Positions 1-9,018 of a stretch of 32,000 bases of DNA are shown here, one piece after another. A model generated the notes under the pieces. The model ran no database searches and had not been told where the DNA came from. It saw nothing but the letters and a program-made list of their open reading frames with translations. The stretch spans positions 316,380-348,379 of the forward strand of contig QQVN01000005.1 of assembly GCA_003352285.1 (NCBI GenBank). Direction: 5' to 3'. This stretch comes from Thermoproteota archaeon. Its GTDB lineage: Archaea; Thermoproteota; Nitrososphaeria; Nitrososphaerales; Nitrosopumilaceae. The translations under genes were made by a program, and so were the position numbers. Positions within the stretch are counted from its first letter, which is position 1. Each line of letters begins with the position of its first letter.

Positions 1-1125
1 TGCTAGGCTGGCAGCACGGGACATGTCCTCATATGATGAATTTGTACAACTTCCAATTAGTGCTACAGAAATTTCATCAATGTATTTTTCTTTTTGGACA
101 TCATCATTTAGTTTTGATATTGGTCTTGCAAGATCAGGAGTGTGTGGTCCAACTATGTGTGGTTCAAGTGTTGAAAGATTAATCTCAATTACCTTATCAA
201 AATACTTTTTTGGATCTTTTTCTACTTCAGGATCTGCGACAAGTAATTTTTTATTTTTGTTTGCAAGTTCAGCTAATTCTTTTCGTTCAGTGTAATTGAG
301 ATAAGTTTCCATTCTTTCATCATATGGGAATATAGAACATGTAGCACCAATTTCTGCACCCATGTTGGTAATTGTTGCCTTTCCAGTACAGCTGATCGAT
401 TTTGTTCCTGGTCCAAAATATTCTATAATGGCATTGGTGCCACCAGATACAGTCAGCTCTCCTGCAACACGTAAAATGATATCTTTTGGTGCTGTCCATC
501 CGTTTAGCTCGCCAGTCAAGTAGACACCTATTCTTTTTGGATAGAGAATCTCCCAGGGCATTCCAGCCATTGTTTCTGCTGCATCAACACCGCCAACACC
601 AACTGCAACCATTCCTAGACCACCAGCATTTGGAGTGTGAGAGTCTGTGCCAATCATCAGACCACCTGGAAATGCATAGTTCTCTAAAACAACTTGGTGA
701 ATAATTCCAGCACCTGGTTTCCAAAATCCTATTCCATGTTTGCTAGCAGATGATTCAAGAAATTTGAATACTTCACTATTTTCATCTAGTGAAACGCGCA
801 TGTCGGTTTCACCTTCAACTTGTGCTCTGATAAGATGATCACAATGAATTGTAGTTGGCAAACTAGTTTGTTTAAGACCTGTTGACATAAACTGGAGCAT
901 TACCATTTGACCAGTAACATCTTGACATGCAACTCTATCTGGACGTAAGAAAACATAATTTTTACCATCATCGAGATTCTTGTTTTCCACTTCTACTAAA
1001 TGGCCTGCTAGAATTTTTTCAGCCAAAGTGAGAGGTCTGTTTACAACCTTTCTATATTTTGAAATATTTTCTTCTAATTTTGCATAAACTTTGGAAACCA
1101 TAGAAGGTGTTGTTTCAATTTCCAT
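1..1125 (-). CDS. aconitate hydratase (aconitase), N-terminal 375 codons; the C-terminus lies beyond the window start
   Basis: The reading frame is open to the window edge and starts at the ATG at 1125. My translation reads [94 protein letters not shown]. These are the classic aconitase-family blocks, including the Fe-S cysteine region. The plus-strand ORFs 23..295 and 486..704 are antisense artefacts. Confidence 0.9.
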   Translation of the reverse strand, partial: MEIETTPSMVSKVYAKLEENISKYRKVVNRPLTLAEKILAGHLVEVENKNLDDGKNYVFLRPDRVACQDVTGQMVMLQFMSTGLKQTSLPTTIHCDHLIRAQVEGETDMRVSLDENSEVFKFLESSASKHGIGFWKPGAGIIHQVVLENYAFPGGLMIGTDSHTPNAGGLGMVAVGVGGVDAAETMAGMPWEILYPKRIGVYLTGELNGWTAPKDIILRVAGELTVSGGTNAIIEYFGPGTKSISCTGKATITNMGAEIGATCSIFPYDERMETYLNYTERKELAELANKNKKLLVADPEVEKDPKKYFDKVIEINLSTLEPHIVGPHTPDLARPISKLNDDVQKEKYIDEISVALIGSCTNSSYEDMSRAASLA

Positions 1126-1272
1126 GTTTGTACAACAAATAAACCGGAATTTAATACTATCAAAAGTGGTTTTTTTGCATTTTGATTGATGATTTCTTAA
1201 CAATTATAAGCGAAAACTGCTTTTTACTATAAGGGGGAGAATAAGAGTATCTTATTACGAATGTGATTAAAA

Positions 1273-1905
1273 ATGGTCAACAAAGGTTTCCCAAAATTTG
1301 GAATGTCTCAAGCAGGTGCATTTGTAGCTGCTCTCAAAAATTACAATTTACCAGATTTCATTTTAGAGCTGGTCGCAAAGGAATCAAATTCAGAATTATT
1401 GGAAAGGGGTAGAATCGACGATAGATTACAAAGTATGAATGATCAAGCACTCGAGCTTTTACACAAAGTCTTTGTAGACTGTGAAGAAGATGATGCTGGA
1501 AAGTATGCTCAATACAGATTTTATGCATATGTATCAAGCATGTATCACAAATGTGAAGTTTTGATAAATGAGTCAATTCCTGGGAAATCAGGAAAAAATC
1601 ACAAGGTTCCTGTAGCAGTAAAAAATAATGGAATGTATATTGCGGTAGCATTTAACAAAGCTACTGGAAACCAAATTGCAAAAAAAGACACTGTCAAATT
1701 CTATGATATTGTAGATGACATTAAGAAAGGTGAACAAGGAACCATGCTCACTGATGCAATTTATGGTTCTTCTGTTGGATTCAAGGGCGAAGCACTAGTT
1801 GAGCTTGAAAAACTAAGCAAATCAAGAAGTAATGATCCTGAAAATAAGCTTGATTTTAAAACTGCTAACTTTGAAAACAATATTTACTCTGTAACAAAGT
1901 GCTAA
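1273..1905 (+). CDS. hypothetical protein (210 aa, soluble)
   Basis: Long ATG-initiated ORF in an otherwise unoccupied interval, with no motif I recognise. The antisense ORF 1358..1651 was rejected. Confidence 0.6.
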   Translation: MVNKGFPKFGMSQAGAFVAALKNYNLPDFILELVAKESNSELLERGRIDDRLQSMNDQALELLHKVFVDCEEDDAGKYAQYRFYAYVSSMYHKCEVLINESIPGKSGKNHKVPVAVKNNGMYIAVAFNKATGNQIAKKDTVKFYDIVDDIKKGEQGTMLTDAIYGSSVGFKGEALVELEKLSKSRSNDPENKLDFKTANFENNIYSVTKC

Positions 1906-1913
1906 TCATTTTC

Positions 1914-2180
1914 TCATAACCATTTTACGTCATCTAATTCATAATATTTTGTTTTGTCTTTAGAGTGACGTGGTCTTGTATGCAAAACAGTATTACAACA
2001 AGGACATTTTGTTCCCTTCCAATTAATATAAACACTGCAAACACTACAACGTTTTTGGCCAGAATTATATCTCAACAGCACATCACCTAGAAGATGCTTT
2101 AATGATGTTTGGCACAAGCCTTTACATGAAAACATGAAAAGGATAACAGAAATTAGATTAAAAGAAAATGGTGAGAACAC
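1914..2180 (-). CDS. small zinc-ribbon protein (CxxC..CxxC)
   Basis: The C-terminal half reads RCSVCSVYINWKGTKCPCCNTVLHTRPRHSK, giving two CxxC pairs. The ORF-track start is a GTG that overlaps the upstream stop by 1 nt. An internal ATG at 2135 (MFSCKG..) is an alternative start. Confidence 0.55.
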   Translation of the reverse strand: MFSPFSFNLISVILFMFSCKGLCQTSLKHLLGDVLLRYNSGQKRCSVCSVYINWKGTKCPCCNTVLHTRPRHSKDKTKYYELDDVKWL

Positions 2181-2746
2181 TATAACCGAAAGCTTGAGAC
2201 ATCCATTGTAAGAAACATTGGCTTGTCATTGGTCTTTTCAAAATTTTCTCCATATTGTTCAAATGGCAAATTTGCATAAAAGTGTCTAGTCCAGACATCG
2301 TGAACATCTTCTTTGAATTTTTTATGCCCTGCTTGTCTTAGTAACTCATGAGATAATTCATGAGATACAGTAGTACAGTTTTTTTCTGCCAAGAACATAA
2401 CATCATCAGTAGTTTTTGGTTTTTGCCAATGTATCATGGCAAAATTTTGAGCAAAATATCCTTCACAAGTGCAATCAGTCCAAAACGGCCTAAAATGTGA
2501 TAGGTAAAAATGAAATGTGTCCTCTCCACGTTGCCGATGATCTCTCAGTAGAGCATTGGTGTCAAGTCGTTCAAGTAAACCTCTATGACCAGTGATCATC
2601 TCGTCACATTTGACATCATAATTTTTTGAGAATTTTTCTTTAATCCATTTTTTGTAAAAATTTGCCATATGAATAACATATTGAAACTCTTCGTTTCGTT
2701 TTCCATAATCCTCTTCCTTTATTACAAAAATGAAATGCAGAAGCAT
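2180..2746 (-). CDS. putative zinc metallopeptidase-like protein (HExxH motif)
   Basis: 188-aa ORF containing VSHELSHELLRQAGH, which is HExxH plus a third His 7 residues later. I did not recognise a family. Confidence 0.55.
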   Translation of the reverse strand: MLLHFIFVIKEEDYGKRNEEFQYVIHMANFYKKWIKEKFSKNYDVKCDEMITGHRGLLERLDTNALLRDHRQRGEDTFHFYLSHFRPFWTDCTCEGYFAQNFAMIHWQKPKTTDDVMFLAEKNCTTVSHELSHELLRQAGHKKFKEDVHDVWTRHFYANLPFEQYGENFEKTNDKPMFLTMDVSSFRL

Positions 2747-2764
2747 TTTAAGAAAAATAGATGG

Positions 2765-3004
2765 TTAGGTTTGGCCTTCGATGCCCATTAATGTTAGAGT
2801 TGATCTAATTTTTTCGATCTTTCTAATTTTCCATGTAATGGTTTCTCTCAGTTTTTCCACGGTATCTGATTCAATTTTTGCTAAAATATCATATGCGCCA
2901 AAAGTTCCATGTACTTCACGTACGCCTTCAAGGCCTTTTAGTTGCTGAATGATAGCTTCCTCAGAACCGAGTTCACAGTTTATTAAAACATAAGCTGTTG
3001 CCAT
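2765..3004 (-). CDS. stand-alone Lrp/AsnC-type ligand-binding (RAM) domain protein
   Basis: 79 aa: MATAYVLINCELGSEEAIIQQLKGLEGVREVHGTFGAYDILAKIE.. This is the typical AsnC_trans_reg beta-alpha-beta-beta-alpha-beta pattern, without an HTH. Confidence 0.75.
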   Translation of the reverse strand: MATAYVLINCELGSEEAIIQQLKGLEGVREVHGTFGAYDILAKIESDTVEKLRETITWKIRKIEKIRSTLTLMGIEGQT

Positions 3005-3047
3005 GTACTGCTTTAGGAAATACGGCTATATCAATAAACCGATTTGG

Positions 3048-3455
3048 CTATTTTGATAATTTTAGGATGCTGCTCCAGATTTCTTTGGGAACTGGCATGA
3101 CAGATAGCCTAGAAATGCGTAATAATTCCCAGTTTTTGAATTTTTTTTGTTTTTTCATTTCAGATAAGGTTACTGGATTTTTGAGCTGACTCTTGTATTT
3201 TACATCTACAACAACATATCTTTCATCTTTTTCATCAGGATTTGGGTAGGGGTTTTTTGTAACTTCCATAATTCCCACGGCTTGTTTCTGATCACCTGAA
3301 TGATAAAAGAGAATTTGATCACCCTTTTTCATATTGCGTATATGTTTTAGTGCCAAATTGTTATGCACACCATCCCAGACAGTTTTCTTTTCTTTCTTTA
3401 GAGTTTCAAAATTGTAACTTGAAGGTTCTTGTTTTGCAAGCCAGTAGTTTACCAT
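3048..3455 (-). CDS. EVE (PUA-like) domain protein
   Basis: From the internal ATG at 3455 the protein reads MVNYWLAKQEPSSYNFETLKKEKKTVWDGVHNNLALKHIRNMKKGDQILFYHSG.., the canonical EVE-domain N-terminus. The 30-codon extension to 3545 in the ORF track overlaps a structured GC-rich island and is probably not coding. Confidence 0.8.
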   Translation of the reverse strand: MVNYWLAKQEPSSYNFETLKKEKKTVWDGVHNNLALKHIRNMKKGDQILFYHSGDQKQAVGIMEVTKNPYPNPDEKDERYVVVDVKYKSQLKNPVTLSEMKKQKKFKNWELLRISRLSVMPVPKEIWSSILKLSK

Positions 3456-3498
3456 GATAATCCTATCAATACAGGGTTTAATTATTTTTGTAAGAGAA

Positions 3499-3654
3499 TG
3501 TTCCCCGGTTCTGACTCGCGCAAGATCATTGGTGTTTTTAGCCATTAACCTCCTTGGGTTTTTCTAACCGGGGTTGCCCGAATGTAGCACACCTGGGTGA
3601 ATTAGAAATCATTGAAATCAATACGATCACCTCATCCCAATCCGTCTGCGTGCT
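3499..3654 (-). ncRNA. candidate structured small RNA: two roughly 70-nt hairpins, each immediately followed by ACA (H/ACA-like)
   Basis: The region is a GC-rich island in AT-rich DNA. Hairpin 2 has ccccggtt (3573..3566) pairing perfectly with aaccgggg (3510..3503), then A, then ACA (3501..3499). Hairpin 1 has agcacgc (3654..3648) pairing with gtgtgct (3592..3586, one G-U), then ACA (3585..3583). Hairpin 2 also has an 11-bp upper stem, gaggttaatgg/ccaatgatctt. The pocket geometry is not textbook. Confidence 0.3.
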
Positions 3655-3690
3655 TGCTCTTGGGCACAATACAATACACTTGGTCAAATA

Positions 3691-5313
3691 TTAACCAGGC
3701 AGGTTGATTTCAAATCCCACTACTGGAACTCTAATCTTAAAATTTTCAATTATTGCTGAATCGATTTCTCCAATTGTTCCAATTGAGTTTCCATTAAGAA
3801 TGACTTTGGCTGATCTGCCTTTTTTGAACAAAGATTCCGAGGATGTCTTTGTCAGTGAGTCAAGATTGAATGAGGTCTTTAACATAGATTGCATGATAGA
3901 TTTTATTTCAGTGAAATTTGATGATTGGTGAGCACTGACACAAGCAACATGTGTTGTTTCATTAATTGGATTTCCAAGTGTAAAGACTGTGCCGATTTCA
4001 AATAATTTCTGAGGGTACTGCTCATGAATATTTCGTGAGAGATTTTCAATCAATCCAGGAAGAAGTGAATCACGTAAAATTGTGTGCTCTTGACTTTTGG
4101 AATCAACGACAGAAATACTATCTTTCGGATCTCTTTGAGTAGAACTGTAAAGAATTCGTTCACTTGTTAAACTAGAGTTTAGTGCTTCTGTAAATCCAAG
4201 TCCAACCAAAACTGAACTTAGAGTTTTGAGTTTTTCTGAAAATTGGTTTTTTTGACCAACAGTTAATGATGGAGATAATATCGGTTCCAAGTTTTGAATG
4301 CCATAACCCAGTGCAACTTCTTCAACTAAATCCATTGGGCCAAAGATATCAAATCTATATCGAGGTATAGTACACTCGATCTTTTTTCCTTTAGCGATTG
4401 CATCTAATCTAGATTTTTTCAAGCATGAGCATATCAGTGATGTAGTAAGATTTGTTCCAAGTGTTTTGTTTACTAGGTCAGAGTCAAGCGTCAGTTTTTT
4501 ATTTTTTAATAATGGTGAAGAGTTTTTGGAGCCAGAAATTTTTACCGACTCTAGCTTAAATCCTGCACTTTGAAGAATGGTTGCAACTACAGAAAGAGCG
4601 TCTTCTACATCATCTTTGTTCAGACCAGTAACTTCTACAAGAAGATTCTTTGTTTTAGTAGTAACAGTAGTCATTGAAGCGTTGATTATTGGAGGAAATG
4701 ATACGGTTTTTCCTTTGGAGTCTATAATAATTGGAAATTTCGTTGAATTTCCAAGTATACTGCCATAATCTCTTCCAACATCGGTGTTTTTTAGAATATC
4801 AGTTATTGTTTGCTCTTGATTTGAATTAAGTGGAGTAAATTTATGATTTTTATCAGTTGTAGAATACTTAAGTGGAAAGGATATTGTGTCTAGGTCGTGA
4901 ATACCAATAGAGGATTTTTTTCTTCGTCGGCCAATACCAAAATGAAGATCTTCTTGCATGACCATCAGCTGTTTAATTGTGGCATCATCAATTGAACCAC
5001 CTTTTGCAATTATGCTAGTAACATATGGTCTAATTTTTGATACTGAAGAATCTACCAGAATTTTATTAGAGCCAGATGAAATTTTTAGTTTGTATAGACC
5101 TTTTTTAGTGCCGAGTAATCCTTGCATTCCCAATGCAATTCCAAAATCAGTTGAATAGTCCGGTCGGTTAGGACTGTATTCAATTCTAATTTCATCTTTT
5201 GATTCAGACTCAATGTCTAATCCAAGATATGGAAGACTCTCAAGAATTTGCTTTCTTGAAACTTTACCGATAAGTTTCTCAAGTCTAGAATAACTTAATT
5301 CAACTACTGGCAT
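3691..5313 (-). CDS. pheT: phenylalanine--tRNA ligase beta subunit (archaeal type)
   Basis: 540 aa. The N-terminus MPVVELSYSRLEKLIGK.. and the B3/4 and B5 domain pattern are typical. It overlaps the pheS stop by 10 nt in the usual pheS-pheT order. Confidence 0.9.
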   Translation of the reverse strand: MPVVELSYSRLEKLIGKVSRKQILESLPYLGLDIESESKDEIRIEYSPNRPDYSTDFGIALGMQGLLGTKKGLYKLKISSGSNKILVDSSVSKIRPYVTSIIAKGGSIDDATIKQLMVMQEDLHFGIGRRRKKSSIGIHDLDTISFPLKYSTTDKNHKFTPLNSNQEQTITDILKNTDVGRDYGSILGNSTKFPIIIDSKGKTVSFPPIINASMTTVTTKTKNLLVEVTGLNKDDVEDALSVVATILQSAGFKLESVKISGSKNSSPLLKNKKLTLDSDLVNKTLGTNLTTSLICSCLKKSRLDAIAKGKKIECTIPRYRFDIFGPMDLVEEVALGYGIQNLEPILSPSLTVGQKNQFSEKLKTLSSVLVGLGFTEALNSSLTSERILYSSTQRDPKDSISVVDSKSQEHTILRDSLLPGLIENLSRNIHEQYPQKLFEIGTVFTLGNPINETTHVACVSAHQSSNFTEIKSIMQSMLKTSFNLDSLTKTSSESLFKKGRSAKVILNGNSIGTIGEIDSAIIENFKIRVPVVGFEINLPG

Positions 5314-6695
5314 TTTGGCGTGCTCCTCAACCAGCTGAGATTATTATTGTAAAACTCTCTAACATCATCTAGACCATATTTTAGCATGGCAATTCTTTCA
5401 ATGCCACCACCCCAAGCTAAAACAGGTTTTGTGATTCCCAAAGGCTTTGTAACCTCTGGTCTAAAGATTCCCATTCCAAAGAGCTCAACCCATTTTCCTA
5501 ATCGATCATTGTAAACCATTGTCTGCAGTGATGGTTCAGTGTATGGAAAGAATGTAGGCCAGAATTTTATTTTGGTTAATCCTAAACGTTTGTAGAATTC
5601 TTTTTGAATTCCCATAAGATCACGAAGGGTTGCGTTTTTGCCAACGACAATTCCTTCAATTTGATTAAATTCAACAAGGTGTTTGTAGCTTACCTTTTCA
5701 TTCCTAAAGACTCTACCTAATGAAAAAACTCTAGCATCATCAGGCTTTTGTTCTGCAAGATATTTTATTGTCACACATGTGGTATGAGTTCGCAAAACCA
5801 TTTTTTGTGATTCAGAAATATCCCATTGGTATCGCCAATTTTTTTTGTGTGAAGAAGAGACATTCTTAATCTGAGTGGGAGTAGCGGGTTTTTTATCACG
5901 TAGATTCTTCAAGTAAAAGGTATCTTGCATTTCACGTGCAGGATGATCCTGTGGAGTGAATAGCGCATCAAAATTCCAAAAACTTGACTGAGATAAATTG
6001 CCAAAAATTTCTGAGAATCCCAATGTAACAAAAGTTTCACGAATCTCATCAATAGTATCTTTGAGAGGATGCGTTCTTGCAGCAAAAACTTTTGGAGTAT
6101 CTGCTTCTACATCTATTGCTCCGCTTGTATCATCTAATTCAATATTGCGAGCACTTTCAGAAAGTGATATTGTTTTTGATGTTGTGATTTCTTCAGTGAT
6201 AAAATCCGGTCTTTTGACAAGTGAATTATAATCGGATTTGTTACTAATTTCTTCAAGTGATATTTTACTTTCACCAATTTGGTTGATTATTTTTTCACCT
6301 GGCAATTCCAAGGGAGGATTGTTGAGTGATATTTTATCTCCGTCCGATTTTATCCAGTTGTTTTTTCTTGCTATTCCCATTGCAGGACCAAAAACAGATT
6401 TCATCTCTTTTTGTAAATCTTGAAGTTGTTTTGGTCCGTCTTTTAGTAAATTTAGTAATTGTCTTTCGGGTAAGCCATTTGCTTTTGATTCAAGACCATT
6501 TTTACCTAATTTGATTAATGTCTTTTTGGTTTCTGAAACATCAAGAAGATTTTTTAGCTTAAGCCACTCTATCCCACGTCTTATTTGATCAGTGGATAGC
6601 GTAGTTTCTTCTTCAAGTTTTTCAGGAGAAATTTTTGGCTTTTCTTTTAAAACTCTGATAATTTTTTTTTCTATATCATGAAAAACCTGAGACAC
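5304..6695 (-). CDS. pheS: phenylalanine--tRNA ligase alpha subunit
   Basis: 463 aa. The class II core includes HPAREMQDTFY, LRTHTT, FRNE and GFGIERI-like GGGIERIAML, with N-terminal winged-helix repeats typical of archaeal and eukaryotic PheRS alpha. Confidence 0.92.
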   Translation of the reverse strand: MSQVFHDIEKKIIRVLKEKPKISPEKLEEETTLSTDQIRRGIEWLKLKNLLDVSETKKTLIKLGKNGLESKANGLPERQLLNLLKDGPKQLQDLQKEMKSVFGPAMGIARKNNWIKSDGDKISLNNPPLELPGEKIINQIGESKISLEEISNKSDYNSLVKRPDFITEEITTSKTISLSESARNIELDDTSGAIDVEADTPKVFAARTHPLKDTIDEIRETFVTLGFSEIFGNLSQSSFWNFDALFTPQDHPAREMQDTFYLKNLRDKKPATPTQIKNVSSSHKKNWRYQWDISESQKMVLRTHTTCVTIKYLAEQKPDDARVFSLGRVFRNEKVSYKHLVEFNQIEGIVVGKNATLRDLMGIQKEFYKRLGLTKIKFWPTFFPYTEPSLQTMVYNDRLGKWVELFGMGIFRPEVTKPLGITKPVLAWGGGIERIAMLKYGLDDVREFYNNNLSWLRSTPKCQ

Positions 6696-6746
6696 AGCAC
6701 AAAGTTCTAAAAAGACTTTTTAAACCTTAACCTAAGTCAAACATGA

Positions 6747-7859
6747 ATGTCAGTCGATGACTTTGTAGTTACCCCATGGCATGTTGAAGGAGACATTGAC
6801 TATGACAAGCTCATAAAGCAGTTTGGTACAGAAAAAATTTCTAGTGAACTTTTGAAAAAAATTACCAAGATTACAGGTGAGGATCACTTTATGTTGAGAC
6901 GTGGAGTGTTTTTTTCCCACAGGGATTTAGGAAATTTACTCAATGAGTATGAAAAAGGGAAAAAATTTTTCCTATATACTGGAAGAGGCCCATCAGGCCA
7001 TACTCACATTGGTCATCTTGTACCATGGGTTTTTGCAAAATGGTTACAAGACAAATTTGACGTAAACATGTATTTTCAACTCACTGATGATGAGAAATTC
7101 TTCTCAAAGCAAAATCTTACTTTAGAGGAGACAAACAAGTATGCATTTGAAAATGCCCTTGATTTTATTGCACTTGGGTTTGATCCAAAAAAAACAAAGA
7201 TCATAATTAATACACAAAACATCAGTACGCTTTATCCAATAGCTGCTCAAGTAGCAAAAAAAATTAACTTTTCAAATACAAAAGCAGTTTTTGGTTTCAC
7301 AAATGAAACTAACATTGGAATGATTTTCTATACATCACTTCAATCTGCTCCATGTTTCATTGAGGATCTTCCTGTACTAATTCCTCTGGGAGTTGATCAA
7401 GATCCTCACTTTAGATTAACACGAGATATTGCACCAAAGATTGGAAAACCAAAACCTTCGCTTATTCACAACATAATGATTCCTGCGCTTGAAGGGCCTG
7501 GAGGAAAAATGTCCGCATCTGCAGATAATGGCACAATCTATACAACTGATTCTCCAAATGCTGTTAAAAAGAAGATTAACAAGTATGCATTTTCTGGCGG
7601 TCAACCCGATGTAGAACAACATAGAAAGCTGGGAGGCAATCCAGATATTGATGTATCATATCAATATCTGAGAATCTTTTTTGAACCAGATGATATGAAG
7701 CTCAAAAAAATTTATGATGATTACAAATCAGGAAAAATGTTAACTGGAGAACTAAAAGCAATTCTAATTGAAAAGATAAATGCATTTTTAAAAATTCACC
7801 AAGAAAAGCGTGAAAAAGCAAGAGAGCTAGTACCCAAATTTTTACTAGAAAATAAATGA
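6747..7859 (+). CDS. trpS: tryptophan--tRNA ligase (archaeal/eukaryotic type)
   Basis: The sequence VTPWHVEGDIDYDKLIKQFGTE..FFSHRDL..LYTGRGPSGHTHIGHLVPW..QLTDDEKF..KMSAS aligns block for block with eukaryotic and archaeal TrpRS as I remember it. Confidence 0.9.
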   Translation: MSVDDFVVTPWHVEGDIDYDKLIKQFGTEKISSELLKKITKITGEDHFMLRRGVFFSHRDLGNLLNEYEKGKKFFLYTGRGPSGHTHIGHLVPWVFAKWLQDKFDVNMYFQLTDDEKFFSKQNLTLEETNKYAFENALDFIALGFDPKKTKIIINTQNISTLYPIAAQVAKKINFSNTKAVFGFTNETNIGMIFYTSLQSAPCFIEDLPVLIPLGVDQDPHFRLTRDIAPKIGKPKPSLIHNIMIPALEGPGGKMSASADNGTIYTTDSPNAVKKKINKYAFSGGQPDVEQHRKLGGNPDIDVSYQYLRIFFEPDDMKLKKIYDDYKSGKMLTGELKAILIEKINAFLKIHQEKREKARELVPKFLLENK

Positions 7860-8137
7860 AGACAATAATTAACTGTCAAGACAAGTATGAAGCGCAGAAA
7901 TTATCTAGTCTTATCTACATTAAAGATGGAAACGAGACGTTTATCACCGAAATACTAAACATTGTAGAAAATGAGCTAGTCATATCTCTAAAAGATAAAT
8001 CAGCGCACAGTATTATCCTAGAAAGTACTAAACAAGTTGAAACATTTGCAGATTTTATTCAATCAGTTATAGAAAAACAGCATAAAATTATCAGTACTGT
8101 AACTATCAATGAAAAAGTTGAGATAGTAAAGGGTTAG
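7856..8137 (+). CDS. hypothetical protein (93 aa)
   Basis: The ATG overlaps the trpS stop (ATGA), which suggests translational coupling. No motif recognised. Confidence 0.5.
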   Translation: MKTIINCQDKYEAQKLSSLIYIKDGNETFITEILNIVENELVISLKDKSAHSIILESTKQVETFADFIQSVIEKQHKIISTVTINEKVEIVKG

Positions 8138-8463
8138 ACTAGTGATTTATCCATTTCATCAGCAAGTATTTCCTGAACTTTCAAAAAATACAGCTGTGTA
8201 GAATATGGCATTTCATCGATATTATTTTCAACTGCAATCATAAAGTATCTTACAGCACGCTTTGAGATATCCAGATTAAATTTTAGTGGTAAAATTGGAT
8301 CCTGTTTTACTTTTATTTTATCTTGCAACCAAGGTGGAGTCATCTCAATACTTTCGGCAATAATTTTTTCATACCAATAAGCAAGATTCTCAGGATGAAG
8401 CCCTTTTTGTAAATTAGTGACATCATTATCCAGTTTTTTCATCATGTGATTAATTACAGTCAC
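8134..8463 (-). CDS. hypothetical protein (109 aa)
   Basis: The ORF fills the gap and is convergent with 7856..8137 (4-nt overlap). The first codon is GTG; the internal MMKKL is an alternative start. Confidence 0.45.
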   Translation of the reverse strand: MTVINHMMKKLDNDVTNLQKGLHPENLAYWYEKIIAESIEMTPPWLQDKIKVKQDPILPLKFNLDISKRAVRYFMIAVENNIDEMPYSTQLYFLKVQEILADEMDKSLV

Positions 8464-8527
8464 AGTAATGTCTTAGAATTTTTTGTTTTATCTCGATGAC
8501 TCAATGTAAAGCAAGTAAATTGTCAAC

Positions 8528-8992
8528 TCATGACAAGTTTCCCTCTGAATCAATTTCAGAGTTTCGTATTCTAGTTGTGGAAATTCTTTTTCCATCACCT
8601 GCAAGGATCATTGGGACCACTATTGTCTCGATTGGAGGCATGTTTTTTTCCTGTCTCAACTTGTTGAGATTATTTCCTTGGTAGCTGGTCTCTTGACTAG
8701 TTACTAGTGCTTCAACATCTTTTTCAAGCACTGCCGGGCCAAAATCATTGTCAAGTTTACTAATTTGATACTTGGAATTAGGAAATGTTTTCTCTATTAT
8801 GGATTTTAGATTTATTTTTCTTGTTTCAAAATCATTAAGAGTTTTCTTTCCTTTTTGTATGGCAAACTCATCACTTGTTAGACCTATGATAACACCAGAT
8901 GATACAGAGAATGCCTTTTCTAGCAATGCCAAATGACCTTTGTGAACAATATCAAAAGTTCCCCCGGTTGCAACAAGATTGAATTTTTTCAT
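8528..8992 (-). CDS. coaD: phosphopantetheine adenylyltransferase (archaeal cytidylyltransferase-fold PPAT)
   Basis: MKKFNLVATGGTFDIVHKGHLALLEKAF carries the (T/H)xGH nucleotidyltransferase signature. The 154-aa size and the ISTTRIR C-terminal motif fit archaeal PPAT. Confidence 0.8.
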   Translation of the reverse strand: MKKFNLVATGGTFDIVHKGHLALLEKAFSVSSGVIIGLTSDEFAIQKGKKTLNDFETRKINLKSIIEKTFPNSKYQISKLDNDFGPAVLEKDVEALVTSQETSYQGNNLNKLRQEKNMPPIETIVVPMILAGDGKRISTTRIRNSEIDSEGNLS

Positions 8993-9018
8993 AATGACAG
9001 TTACATTTGAAATTAAAT

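Noticed and set aside
23-704. Plus-strand ORFs 23..295 and 486..704
   Set aside because: They are antisense to a clear aconitase reading frame. They have low-complexity, Ser/Phe/Leu-rich composition typical of the reverse frame of a real gene.
3456-3545. 30-codon N-terminal extension of the EVE-domain ORF (start at 3545)
   Set aside because: The EVE fold begins at MVNYWLAKQEP (ATG at 3455). The extension has no domain content and coincides with the GC-rich structured island.
3456-3690. SRP RNA or RNase P RNA identity for the GC-rich island
   Set aside because: It is too short (about 235 nt at most), and none of the universally conserved motifs I remember are present (RNase P CR-I/CR-V blocks, SRP helix-8 GNAR/AGCA elements).
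3704-6514. Multiple plus-strand ORFs inside pheT and pheS (3704..3931, 4577..4768, 4958..5158, 5998..6231, 6238..6423, 6326..6514)
   Set aside because: They are antisense to unambiguous aminoacyl-tRNA synthetase genes.
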